Of a DNA stretch of 33,423 bases, positions 9,874-18,738 are shown piece after piece. Each line of letters opens with the position of its first letter. Positions within the stretch are counted from its first letter, which is position 1. The DNA comes from Gammaproteobacteria bacterium (GTDB lineage: Bacteria > Pseudomonadota > Gammaproteobacteria > GCA-013414725). The translations under genes were made by a program, and so were the position numbers. The DNA is taken from NCBI GenBank assembly GCA_049678805.1, contig JBAUEV010000228.1, forward strand, positions 1 to 33,423, given 5' to 3'. The notes under the pieces are model-generated. The model saw nothing but the letters and a program-made list of their open reading frames with translations, was not told where the DNA came from and made no database searches.

Positions 9874-9985
9874 GACAAGCCGCGGTACGTAGGCAGTGAG
9901 GAGTAGATACCGTGAACAAGCTGCGGTACGTAGGCAGTGAGGAGTAGATACCGTGGACAAGCTGCGGTACGTAGGCAGTGAGGAG
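9874..9985. repeat. Tandem array, 2.7 copies of a 41-bp GC-rich REP-like unit
   Basis: Units at 9874-9914, 9915-9955 and 9956-9985 (partial) differ at only 1-2 positions. Each has a GTAG tetranucleotide and an imperfect hairpin (taccg...cggta) at the unit junction. Confidence 0.85.
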
Positions 9986-10093
9986 CATGTTTTAAATGTG
10001 TTTGCCCTGGCAACTAATACTCTCAATATTACAAATAAAAGAGAAATAGTGTAAAATAACAACTTCCGAGAAACCACATTCTGTTAATTAATC

Positions 10094-11299
10094 ATGAGCC
10101 CTTTACGTAAAGCTCTATTGACCTTCTTATTGATTTTTTTACCAATCAATAGCTCGCTTTGCATTGATATGTATTTGCCAGCTTACCCCGAGATAGCTCA
10201 GTCATTTGCCGTAAAAGAAGGTGATATCAACTTATCTATGAGCTTGTATTTAATAGGCTTAGCGCTTGGTCAACTGATTTATGGCCCATTAGCCGATCGT
10301 TTTGGTCGCAAGAGAGTGCTAATGGTGGGGTTGTTAATTTTCGTTATCTCCAGCTTCGCCTGCACCTTGACTCGAAATCTCGACATTTTTTTATTGGCTC
10401 GCTTATTTCAAGCCCTAGGTGCTTGCAGTTGCATTGTTATCAGTCGTGCGATAGTGACAGATATCTATCCTCCTAAACAACGTGGCACGATTTTGGCCTT
10501 TATTTCTGCTGCGAATATCTTTTCACCAGCCCTAGCGCCGTTGTTTGGGGGATACCTGGTGCAGTGGTTTAGCTGGTTGGCGATTTTTGAGGTGATTGCT
10601 CTGGTGGGAGTATTTATGCTTGTTGCCACACTGTTTTTATTGCCAGAAACCCTGAAAAACCCGGATTATCAAGCCTTACAATTTAAGCATATGGCGAATA
10701 ACTTGTACCGCTTGTTCAGTTATCCCATGTTTGTTGGGTATTCATTAGGCATTGCTTTATTATTTGCTTTAGCATTTATTTGGGTTACTTACTCGCCAAA
10801 TATTTTGTTGAATGAGTTTCAGATACCACCCGATCAGTTTGGTTTATTTTTTCTTGTGCCTGCAACAGGCAGCACCATTGGCGCACTTCTGACTGCATTC
10901 TGCGGTGCGCGAGTGGGAGAAAAACGTTTTATTGGTTTAGGCTATACTTTGGTGCTTTTGGGAGTTGCAATATTGTTATCCCTGATGTTGAGAAATTATA
11001 TTGATACTCCGTTTAAGGTGATAATGCCTATTATGCTCATCTTTTTGGGGATTAATATGGCTCAACCGTTGCAAGTGGCTAGCGCCTTGGCACCATTTAC
11101 CGATATTGCTGGTTTTACTGCAGGAATTATTGGTTTTATTCAAATTTCTGCTGGGGCGTGTGTGGCTTTATTGACCAGTAGTTGGTATCAGGCTGGCAAT
11201 GATACGATGGCTTTTTTAATGTTAAGCGCAGCAGTACTAGCCTTTTTAGGTTTTGGGTATGCGGTTCGTGCTTCTTTAGCACGTGATACAAGCTACTGA
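10094..11299 (+). CDS. MFS transporter, Bcr/CflA-type drug efflux family
   Basis: 401-aa, ~12-TM ORF with MFS motif A (GPLADRFGRKRVLMVG). Confidence 0.8.
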   Translation: MSPLRKALLTFLLIFLPINSSLCIDMYLPAYPEIAQSFAVKEGDINLSMSLYLIGLALGQLIYGPLADRFGRKRVLMVGLLIFVISSFACTLTRNLDIFLLARLFQALGACSCIVISRAIVTDIYPPKQRGTILAFISAANIFSPALAPLFGGYLVQWFSWLAIFEVIALVGVFMLVATLFLLPETLKNPDYQALQFKHMANNLYRLFSYPMFVGYSLGIALLFALAFIWVTYSPNILLNEFQIPPDQFGLFFLVPATGSTIGALLTAFCGARVGEKRFIGLGYTLVLLGVAILLSLMLRNYIDTPFKVIMPIMLIFLGINMAQPLQVASALAPFTDIAGFTAGIIGFIQISAGACVALLTSSWYQAGNDTMAFLMLSAAVLAFLGFGYAVRASLARDTSY

Positions 11300-11333
11300 C
11301 TTAGTTAAGTAGCCTGCTAACGCTGCATCAAGG

Positions 11334-12077
11334 CTACATGATCCATCCGCCCAATGTAAAGATAGCTAGGAATACTAGCACTATAAATAACGTGCGATCT
11401 ACTAATTGTAGAGTCGCTTGTAAGGTTTGTTCGGGTGTTGAATCAGAGGCGAGCTTGCCTAAAGCAGCAAGGCCCGCTTCAGTAATAAAAGTTTTGTTCT
11501 GCGAGGGTTTGCTAAGAATATGTTGTAGGCAATACTCCCAGCAAGCACTGAAATGCCCAGCTAACGCGAAAACAACTGCGACAATGCGTAACGGCGCCCA
11601 GGCTAGAATATTTAATAATTGCTGTGCTGCTGGTCGAAATCGCTCAGTCTCATTAAAATTCTGGCGTGCTAGCAACAGCACTGAATAATAACCAACCGCA
11701 CCTGCTGCACCTAATAACAAATACCAAAATAACACTCCAAATAGTTGCTCTGCGATTTGTAAAAATACCTCATCATCACGTGATTGTAGGTGGTAATCAT
11801 AGGCATTTAAACAAAACCAAACAACTCCAACCTGGAAAAGCAATTGCAGCAAATCAAATAACCAACCTTTCAATAATACATCGATAATTCCTGCCAGGAT
11901 GGGCAATGGTAATAGCAATAATATTATTCCACCTAAGGTATACCAAAAATTGCCTTTTCCCCACAGCGGATGTAATACCATGAGATAAGCTTTCAACCAT
12001 TGGGCGCGAGAAAAACGTAATCCAAGCTGCCAATAGTGTTGCAATGCAAGGCAAATTAGAATCACAATTAAGGCCAT
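11334..12077 (-). CDS. ampE: AmpE-like inner-membrane regulatory protein
   Basis: 247-aa membrane ORF. LAWAPLRIVAVVFALAGH resembles the E. coli AmpE segment LDWVPVRLAGVVYALIGH. It overlaps the ampD stop by 1 nt (TAATG). Confidence 0.7.
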   Translation of the reverse strand: MALIVILICLALQHYWQLGLRFSRAQWLKAYLMVLHPLWGKGNFWYTLGGIILLLLPLPILAGIIDVLLKGWLFDLLQLLFQVGVVWFCLNAYDYHLQSRDDEVFLQIAEQLFGVLFWYLLLGAAGAVGYYSVLLLARQNFNETERFRPAAQQLLNILAWAPLRIVAVVFALAGHFSACWEYCLQHILSKPSQNKTFITEAGLAALGKLASDSTPEQTLQATLQLVDRTLFIVLVFLAIFTLGGWIM

Positions 12078-12643
12078 TACGTTTCCTCTGCAAGTAATTG
12101 ACGATAATAAAACCAGTTAAATGCTGCACCTGGGTCCGTTTTGCGATTGGGCGCAATATCACTGTGTCCTACAATACGATCTGGCTGAATATCAGGATAA
12201 ACTTGCATGAGGGTATGCGTCAATGCTGCGAGCTGCTGATATTGGCGAGTTTCATAGGGGATATCATCAGTACCTTCTAATTCGATGCCAATAGAAAAAT
12301 CATTACATTGCTGTCGTCCATCGTATTGCGAGATTCCCGCATGCCATGCACGTTTGGTAAACGGCACGTATTGAATCACTTGTCCATCACGACGAATCAG
12401 GAGATGCGTTGAAACACGTAAATGCGCAATCTGCTGAAAATAAGGATGGGCAGCGCTGTCTAAACGATTCAGAAATAAAGCATCAATTGCATTACTTCCA
12501 AATTCGCCCGGCGGTAAACTAATCCCATGAATAACAAGTAAATCAATGGTTGTGCCGCTCGGACGAGCATCACAATTGGGTGATGGCCGAAATAGCACCG
12601 AAGGGAGTAAACCGCTTCTAGGATCAAGGATGAATGATGTCAT
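12077..12643 (-). CDS. ampD: 1,6-anhydro-N-acetylmuramyl-L-alanine amidase AmpD
   Basis: 188-aa ORF of the amidase_2 family (VIHGISLPPG, AWHAG, GHSDIAP.RKTDPG). Confidence 0.9.
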   Translation of the reverse strand: MTSFILDPRSGLLPSVLFRPSPNCDARPSGTTIDLLVIHGISLPPGEFGSNAIDALFLNRLDSAAHPYFQQIAHLRVSTHLLIRRDGQVIQYVPFTKRAWHAGISQYDGRQQCNDFSIGIELEGTDDIPYETRQYQQLAALTHTLMQVYPDIQPDRIVGHSDIAPNRKTDPGAAFNWFYYRQLLAEET

Positions 12644-13813
12644 TTAATCACGCCGCATTTTTTCTGAAACCGATACAGGAGTTGGAAAACGCAATACTAC
12701 CCAATAAGATGAAACTATAAATGTCAGCAAAGTGGTTGCTTGAATTAGATAAGAACCTGATGTACTCAGGAGTTTAGTATTTGCGCCCAGGTAGGCAATC
12801 AATAATGAAAATTCGCTAATTTGCCCCAAACGCACCCCTACTTCCCACGCTATATGTTTACTTTCTCCGAAAGACTGTAATAACAAGCGAAAAGTGTAGG
12901 GTTTAATGATGAGCAATGCAGCAGTTAAAATAAGTGCAGGTATGCCTATGATCGGTATATAGTGCGAGTTAAAGCCAGCTCCTACCGAAAAGAAAAACAT
13001 GACCAGAAAAAAATCGCGTACAGGTTTCATGCTTTCAGCGATGTAGAGCGAGATTGGCCCAGTTGCAATCGAAACACCGGCAATAAAAGCCCCTACTTCA
13101 TAAGATAGACCGAGTAATCCAGCAATAAATGACATGGTTAAACACCAAGCAATCGCTAATAAGAAAAGATATTCACGAATACGGTCAAACTGTGAAAATA
13201 ACCGATCGAGTACAAAACGTTCAAACATAAAAGCAAATAGAAACAAACTAGGCAGTGATAAAACGATTTTACCAATTTCTATCACACTAATGTGCCCTAT
13301 GCTGGCTGCGTGCAAAAATAATAGTGCAGCAATTGCGATCAAGTCTTGCATCAGCAGTATCCCAATCATCAATTCGCCGGTATGTTGGTGATGTAAAACG
13401 GTGGTTGGTAGTAGTTTTAAACCGATAATGGTACTAGAAAACATCATGGCAACGCCGATAATAAGGCTTTCAAATTGGCTAAAGCCAAAAGCGATGGCAA
13501 CAATATAACCTACAAAAATGAAAATCAACGAACTAAATAAGGCAATCCAACTTACTTTGCGAAACATCTGTAACAAGTCGCGTGGGTCTAAATGGAGTCC
13601 TAGTAAAAACAACAAAAAGATAATGCCAACATCACCCGTTTCTTGTATGACATTAGAATTGCCTACCAAGCGCAATCCAAATGGGCCAATTAATATCCCT
13701 AACACCATATAAGCCACCAATAAGGATTGGCGAGTATATAATGCAAGTGTAGAAAAAACTGCGGCACCGCAAAAAATTAAAAATAGGGTAGTTACTAAAC
13801 TATTGGGGTGCAT
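12644..13813 (-). CDS. Cation:proton antiporter (CPA2 / Kef-type membrane domain, no RCK domain)
   Basis: 389-aa polytopic ORF with Na+/H+ exchanger family features (GPFGLRLV, FLLFLLGLHLD). Its stop directly abuts the ampD start. Confidence 0.8.
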   Translation of the reverse strand: MHPNSLVTTLFLIFCGAAVFSTLALYTRQSLLVAYMVLGILIGPFGLRLVGNSNVIQETGDVGIIFLLFLLGLHLDPRDLLQMFRKVSWIALFSSLIFIFVGYIVAIAFGFSQFESLIIGVAMMFSSTIIGLKLLPTTVLHHQHTGELMIGILLMQDLIAIAALLFLHAASIGHISVIEIGKIVLSLPSLFLFAFMFERFVLDRLFSQFDRIREYLFLLAIAWCLTMSFIAGLLGLSYEVGAFIAGVSIATGPISLYIAESMKPVRDFFLVMFFFSVGAGFNSHYIPIIGIPALILTAALLIIKPYTFRLLLQSFGESKHIAWEVGVRLGQISEFSLLIAYLGANTKLLSTSGSYLIQATTLLTFIVSSYWVVLRFPTPVSVSEKMRRD

Positions 13814-13852
13814 ATTTGGGTCTCAGAACTTAAAAATTTAGCGAGTTTCCTT

Positions 13853-13861
13853 TGATATAAT
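13853..13861 (+). promoter_or_regulatory. Extended -10 promoter element (TGaTATAAT) upstream of glpD
   Basis: TG at 13853-13854 and a perfect TATAAT at 13856-13861, ~60 nt upstream of the ATG at 13920. No good -35 is present. Confidence 0.4.
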
Positions 13862-13919
13862 GGCATTATTGAGTTTATTTTAACGGGCTGTTGTCTTGGA
13901 TGCTAGGAATAAAATTGGA

Positions 13920-15428
13920 ATGGAAGACCTTTTAATTATAGGTGGTGGTATCAATGGCGTGGGCATCGCAGCAGATGCTGCGGGGCGTGGATTGAAAGTA
14001 ACGTTATGTGAAAAAGCCGATTTAGCCAGTGGTACTTCTTCTGCTAGCAGCAAATTGATTCACGGCGGTTTACGCTATCTGCAACAAGGTGAGTTTCGAT
14101 TAGTAAGAGAAGCTTTAAAAGAACGCGAAATCCTATGGGCTAAAGCGCCGCATATCATCCATCCTGAATTATTTATTCTGCCTTATGTCGAAACATTACA
14201 CCCCTTGTGGCAGATACGCTTGGGTCTGTGGTTGTATGACCATCTCGGCGGAAGGCAACGTTTACCAAAATCACATATGCTTGATTTGATTCAACATCCA
14301 GCGGGTAGCATTTTACAATCTAAATATAACAAGGGTTTTAGTTATATCGATTGTTACGTAGATGATGCGCGCTTGGTAGTGCTTAATGCCATTCAAGCTC
14401 AGCAATTGGGTGCTAAAATTTTGACTTATACTGAAATGCTGCAAGCACAACGCTATGCCGATTATTGGCGAGTGTTAGTACGGAGTAAAAACACTGGTAA
14501 AGAACAATGGCTAGAAACCCGCATTTTAATCAACGCAGCCGGACCTTGGGTACAGGAAGTATTGCATGATCGAATCGGGATTAAACCACACTACCAAACC
14601 ATTTTGGTAAAGGGCAGTCATATTGTGGTACCTAGATTCTTTAAGGAAAATTTTGCTTTCACTTTACAGAATGAAGATGGGCGGGTGATTTTTGTTATTC
14701 CCTTTGACGAGCGCTTTATTCTGATTGGCACTACTGAAGTTGGTTATCAGGGTGATCCCGCTAACGCAACGATTTCACCTGAAGAAATCGCTTATTTGTG
14801 TACTGCAGTAAATCGTTATTTTTCACATCAAATACAAATACAAGATGTAATATGGAGTTATGCGGGCGTACGACCTTTGCAAGGTACTGAGCAACAACAA
14901 CTCGGCAAGGTAAGTCGCGATTACAAACTAGAATTGAATACTGCACAACGGCATGCACCGTTGCTTTCAATATTTGGCGGTAAAATTACCACTTATCGTC
15001 GCTTAGCGGAACATGTCTTAAAACTGCTACAGACTTATTTTCCCCACATGGGACCTGAATGGACGGCAGCAACACCGTTGCCGGGCGGCGATATAAAGGG
15101 TGCAAATTTTGAAAATTTTTGTCAGCAATTTTCTACAAAATATTCTTGGTTGCCGCCCTCGTTGGCGTATCGTTATGCGCATTCCTATGGTACCCGTGCA
15201 GCATTATTTCTAAAAAATGCACAATCAATTGCCGATTTGGGGCAACCTATCGCTATGGGTTTATATCAGCAAGAAATACAATATCTTGTGGAAAATGAGT
15301 GGGCTTTGACTGCTGATGATATTTTATGGCGCCGCACAAAACTAGGCTTATTGTTCTCGAAAACAGATAAAAATAATTTAATTAAATACCTGACACAAAT
15401 GCTGCCAGCCAACACATTTTTGGATTAA
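13920..15428 (+). CDS. glpD: Aerobic glycerol-3-phosphate dehydrogenase
   Basis: The FAD-binding N-terminus MEDLLIIGGGINGVGIAADAAGRGL parallels the E. coli GlpD start. The ORF track extends to a TTG at 13896, so the start is ambiguous. Confidence 0.9.
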   Translation: MEDLLIIGGGINGVGIAADAAGRGLKVTLCEKADLASGTSSASSKLIHGGLRYLQQGEFRLVREALKEREILWAKAPHIIHPELFILPYVETLHPLWQIRLGLWLYDHLGGRQRLPKSHMLDLIQHPAGSILQSKYNKGFSYIDCYVDDARLVVLNAIQAQQLGAKILTYTEMLQAQRYADYWRVLVRSKNTGKEQWLETRILINAAGPWVQEVLHDRIGIKPHYQTILVKGSHIVVPRFFKENFAFTLQNEDGRVIFVIPFDERFILIGTTEVGYQGDPANATISPEEIAYLCTAVNRYFSHQIQIQDVIWSYAGVRPLQGTEQQQLGKVSRDYKLELNTAQRHAPLLSIFGGKITTYRRLAEHVLKLLQTYFPHMGPEWTAATPLPGGDIKGANFENFCQQFSTKYSWLPPSLAYRYAHSYGTRAALFLKNAQSIADLGQPIAMGLYQQEIQYLVENEWALTADDILWRRTKLGLLFSKTDKNNLIKYLTQMLPANTFLD

Positions 15429-15543
15429 TCACAAACTAAAAAAGTTAATTAGCATTTTATCTGCTTGATTTTCCCAATAAACTTGCTATCGTATAACAAC
15501 AAGAAAATACTTTTAACCTTTTACCAAATATGGGAGAGCGAGG

Positions 15544-15912
15544 ATGCCAAGAGGAAGACGAGCTAAAGGGGCTGTTCATCACAAAGCAAGATCTGCAAAG
15601 AAAGGTGATGCCGCTGTTCGCAGAAAATTGCATGCAGCACTATTGAAACATAAAAGATTGAAGAAATTGGTAGCTGCAAAAACAAGAGAATTTCGTAATA
15701 AACTGAAAAAAGCGCAAGCTGCAATATATGGTAAAGCAGTTGCTGCTGCTGTAAAAATACAGGAAAAAAAACACGCTGCAAGGCACAAAATGTTAATGGC
15801 TGCTGAAGCACGTTTTGAGAAGAAATTTGCTAAGAAGGTGGCTAAGCTTGCTGGTAAAAAAGTTCGCGGTAAGAAAGGCAAGCGTGGTCGTCGAACACAT
15901 AAGAAAAAATAA
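15544..15912 (+). CDS. Lys/Ala-rich histone H1-like nucleoid protein
   Basis: 122-aa ORF dominated by K, A and R (e.g. KKFAKKVAKLAGKKVRGKKGKRGRRTHKKK). GAGG SD. Its composition resembles the bacterial H1-like proteins Hc1, Hq1 and AlgP. Confidence 0.7.
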   Translation: MPRGRRAKGAVHHKARSAKKGDAAVRRKLHAALLKHKRLKKLVAAKTREFRNKLKKAQAAIYGKAVAAAVKIQEKKHAARHKMLMAAEARFEKKFAKKVAKLAGKKVRGKKGKRGRRTHKKK

Positions 15913-15923
15913 CTTATCAGTGG

Positions 15924-15971
15924 TAGTTTTGCAGGGTGGGTACACTATTCTTTACCCACCCTGCAAAACTA
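15924..15971. terminator. Long perfect inverted repeat between convergent genes (possible bidirectional terminator)
   Basis: tagttttgcagggtgggta with a 10-nt loop and tacccaccctgcaaaacta forms a 19-bp perfect stem. There is no canonical U-run outside the stem. Confidence 0.4.
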
Positions 15972-15985
15972 TATCCTAGTAACTG

Positions 15986-16026
15986 TAGCCTGGATAAAGC
16001 GTCAACGGAATCCGGGATTCAGCCTC
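15986..16026. repeat. REP-like element (GTAG plus an imperfect palindrome)
   Basis: gtagcctggataaagcgtcaacggaatccggg resembles the classical enterobacterial REP form gtaggccggataaggcg...catccgg. The stem cctggat/atccggg has one G-U pair. Confidence 0.5.
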
Positions 16027-16080
16027 AAAATAGAGATTTTCTTGATTTTGCTAGCGCTACATCAAGACTACAAATTTTAT

Positions 16081-16449
16081 CTATTTCTTCGATTCTTGTT
16101 CGCGAATTTTCTGCTCAATTTGAGCAATGTCTAAAGACTCTGCTTGTCGAATCAAGTTGGCTAATGTGGCAAATGACATAGATCCAGCTTGAGCAAAAAC
16201 CGCTATTCCCCGCCGTAAAATCAACACAAATGGAATAGACAACACATTAAAATCTTTGGCCAATTGGGGTTGTTTATCAATGTCTATATTACCAAAAGCA
16301 GCCTGGGGAAATTCTGTAGCCGCTTTGTCAAATACTTTGGCAAATGATTTACAGGGGCTGCACCATTCGGCACTAAAATCAATAACGATCAGATCATTTT
16401 GCTTGATAAACGCATCAAAATTCTCTTGGTTAACGGTATGAATGGTCAT
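16081..16449 (-). CDS. Thioredoxin-family protein with a CSPC active site
   Basis: The Trx fold motif FSAEWCSPCK is present. AAGGAG SD lies 5 nt upstream of the ATG at 16449 (an adjacent ATG is at 16452). The longer ORF to 16548 overlaps adk and is probably not used. Confidence 0.8.
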   Translation of the reverse strand: MTIHTVNQENFDAFIKQNDLIVIDFSAEWCSPCKSFAKVFDKAATEFPQAAFGNIDIDKQPQLAKDFNVLSIPFVLILRRGIAVFAQAGSMSFATLANLIRQAESLDIAQIEQKIREQESKK

Positions 16450-16480
16450 CATGTCTCCTTGACACAAATGTTTCATAGAT

Positions 16481-17173
16481 TTATAAGGTATTTGGGCTAG
16501 CCGATTTAGTAGCAATAGAATTATCCAATACCGCAAAAATTTTATCACGAATTTCTTGTACAGTTCCTACACCTGAAATGCGGGTAAATTTCGGTGCATT
16601 TGGGTCGCCACTGTTAGCCCATTCGCTAAAGTAGGTTAATAATGGTTTAGTTTGTTGATGGAAAACTTGGAGTCGTTTACGCACAGTTTCTTCTTTGTCA
16701 TCTTCACGGTGGATCAAAGGTTCACCGGTAATATCATCTTTACCCGGTTGTTTAGGTGGGTTATAAATTGTGTGATAAATGCGTCCAGATGCAAGATGAA
16801 TTAATCGGCCACTCATGCGACGCACAATTTCTTCATCATCTACATCAATTTCAATGACGTGGTCAATATTGATGTGTTCCTTACGCAAAGCCTCTGCTTG
16901 AGGTAAGGTGCGGGGAAAACCATCAAAAAGGAACCCTTTTTGACAGTCCGGTTGTTGAATACGCTCTTTAATTACAGCAATGATAATGTCGTCAGGTACT
17001 AAATTTCCTTGTTGCATAATTTGTTGTGCAATTTTCCCAAGAGGTGTTCCGTGGCTAACTGCTTGGCGTAAAATATCGCCTGTAGAAATTTGGGGAATAG
17101 AGTAGCGTTGCGCGATAAATTGAGCTTGGGTTCCTTTGCCGGCGCCGGGGCATCCCAATAAAATAATACGCAT
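16481..17173 (-). CDS. adk: Adenylate kinase
   Basis: 230-aa ORF starting [16 protein letters not shown] (P-loop), with an Adk-type core and lid. Confidence 0.95.
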   Translation of the reverse strand: MRIILLGCPGAGKGTQAQFIAQRYSIPQISTGDILRQAVSHGTPLGKIAQQIMQQGNLVPDDIIIAVIKERIQQPDCQKGFLFDGFPRTLPQAEALRKEHINIDHVIEIDVDDEEIVRRMSGRLIHLASGRIYHTIYNPPKQPGKDDITGEPLIHREDDKEETVRKRLQVFHQQTKPLLTYFSEWANSGDPNAPKFTRISGVGTVQEIRDKIFAVLDNSIATKSASPNTL

Positions 17174-17496
17174 TATCTTTTGCCTACTATCATAGGCGGT
17201 ATAAGACCTAGGACAATCAAAGCTAAGCCAAACACCAACAGCATAAGTGGAGTGCTAAAGGGAATTTCTCGCGGATTATTGCGGTGTGCTTTGTATTTCA
17301 GTAAACTGGCAAGAACTAATCCAACGCCACAAATAAGGCAGATAGTTTCCAATAAATGGGTGGTTTGCATTATAGGGCCTGTAAGTTGTTGGGCGATTTG
17401 CCCTAAACTTTGGTTACTGGCCGCAACTGCGAAGGTGTTGGCACAAAGTAACGATAACCCGAAAAAAGTTTTTTTAAAGCTACTAATTGTTCGCAT
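17173..17496 (-). CDS. Small signal-peptide, two-TM membrane protein, possibly IcmD/DotP-like
   Basis: 107-aa ORF with an N-terminal signal-like segment, TM1, a charged loop [13 protein letters not shown], and TM2. The stop overlaps the adk start (TAATG). The family assignment is from memory of the IcmD loop motif only. Confidence 0.45.
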   Translation of the reverse strand: MRTISSFKKTFFGLSLLCANTFAVAASNQSLGQIAQQLTGPIMQTTHLLETICLICGVGLVLASLLKYKAHRNNPREIPFSTPLMLLVFGLALIVLGLIPPMIVGKR

Positions 17497-17559
17497 ATTG
17501 ATAAGACCCCTAATTACCTAAGTGTTAATACAACTCTTAATTATAAAGTGTAGTTCAAT

Positions 17560-18738
17560 GTGAAGGCATTCTATCATCATTTGTGGCGAATGAGAAAAGT
17601 CAATCGTGAGGCATTGCTGCGTCTCTCGGGGTTAAACACAACATTTAGGGGAGAAAACCTATCTTCCTTTGCCGAATATGTGCAGCGTATGCGTGATATC
17701 ATCACCCAAGCAAGGGTGGATCTTCAAGAATCTACAGCTCAAATCATTATAGAAGCCAATAGCCCTTTCATGTGGTTGCCAACCTCTGCAAATAGCTTTG
17801 GCCGACCCACTTCACAACGTTGGCAGAAAGGCGTGTTGCTCATTCATGGCTTGTTTGATTCTCCTTTCATGTTGCGCGATATCGGAGCAGCATTATTGCA
17901 GCAGGGATTGTATGTACAATCCTTATTATTGCCTGGGCATGGTACAGTGCCGGGTGATTTATTAAATATTAGCTATACGGAGTGGTTAAAAGCTGTCGAT
18001 TACGGTATTTGTGATTTAGCGCAAAAAGTCGAGGATGTTTATTTGGCAGGTTTTTCCTTAGGTGGCACCTTAGCCATTCACCATGCATTACAAAAACCTT
18101 TTATCAAAGGGTTGCTGTTATTTAGTCCAGCTATCCAGTTAAAAGATCGCTTTGATGCGTTTATGCGCTGGCATCACTGGTTGCGCTGGATAGTACCTCC
18201 TATTCGCTGGTATCGTCGCAATCCACAGCATACTTATGCTAAATATGAATCATTTGCTTTTAATGCAGCCTACCAAATTTATTTGTTGATCCAACATAAT
18301 TACCAATTACTTGCGAAAAAGCGCTTGGAAATGCCATTGTTTGTTGTAGCCAGTCAAGATGATGAAACAATTGCGACTCATGCACTGCAAACATTTTTTA
18401 ACAATCAGCGTCACCCTGATAGCCGCATGATTTATTATGGTAATAAGTCTACGTTGATAGATGATTCACGTATTTTATTACGCCCCAGTGCCTATCCGGA
18501 ATTAAGAATTTTAGATTTCTCACATACGTGTATTCCGATAGCCCCCAGCAATCCTCATTATGGTCAACAAGGTGATTATCAGGATTTTCAGCATTATCAT
18601 TATAAGGTTACCCCAAAAAATCGTGAGATTTATCTAGGTGCAACGCATCGTAATAATTTGCGCCGTCATATTATCCAGCGGTTAAGTTACAATCCGGATT
18701 TCGCATTTATGATGCAAATGGTGCAAGAAGTGATGTAG
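17560..18738 (+). CDS. Alpha/beta-fold hydrolase (esterase/lipase-like)
   Basis: 392-aa ORF with HGLFDSP (oxyanion region) and the nucleophile elbow GFSLGG. The GTG start at 17560 is uncertain; the next Met is at 17590. Confidence 0.7.
   Translation: MKAFYHHLWRMRKVNREALLRLSGLNTTFRGENLSSFAEYVQRMRDIITQARVDLQESTAQIIIEANSPFMWLPTSANSFGRPTSQRWQKGVLLIHGLFDSPFMLRDIGAALLQQGLYVQSLLLPGHGTVPGDLLNISYTEWLKAVDYGICDLAQKVEDVYLAGFSLGGTLAIHHALQKPFIKGLLLFSPAIQLKDRFDAFMRWHHWLRWIVPPIRWYRRNPQHTYAKYESFAFNAAYQIYLLIQHNYQLLAKKRLEMPLFVVASQDDETIATHALQTFFNNQRHPDSRMIYYGNKSTLIDDSRILLRPSAYPELRILDFSHTCIPIAPSNPHYGQQGDYQDFQHYHYKVTPKNREIYLGATHRNNLRRHIIQRLSYNPDFAFMMQMVQEVM

Noticed and set aside
9727-9985. Possible CRISPR array. 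The repeat core (ctcactgcc...gcagcttg on the reverse strand) loosely resembles type I-F repeats.
   Set aside because: The 41-bp period leaves only ~11 nt between cores, and those nucleotides are identical in each unit, so there are no spacers. There are only 2.7 units, no leader and no cas genes. It fits a REP/tandem repeat better.
9795-10077. Track ORFs of 72 and 85 aa on the minus strand
   Set aside because: They run through the tandem repeat array, so their peptides are repetitive (PTYR.LS.V). They have no SD and are repeat artefacts.
11338-11688. 116-aa plus-strand ORF antisense to ampE. Similar antisense ORFs occur at 20085-20507, 15563-15881, 2132-2380, 3166-3992, 7071-7394 and 27007-28751.
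   Set aside because: All lie fully within well-supported genes on the other strand. They have Cys/Arg/Leu-rich nonsense composition and no SD.
16450-16548. Longer thioredoxin ORF (155 aa)
   Set aside because: The extension overlaps the adk 3' end by 68 nt and is hydrophobic junk. AAGGAG sits just upstream of the internal ATG pair at 16449/16452.
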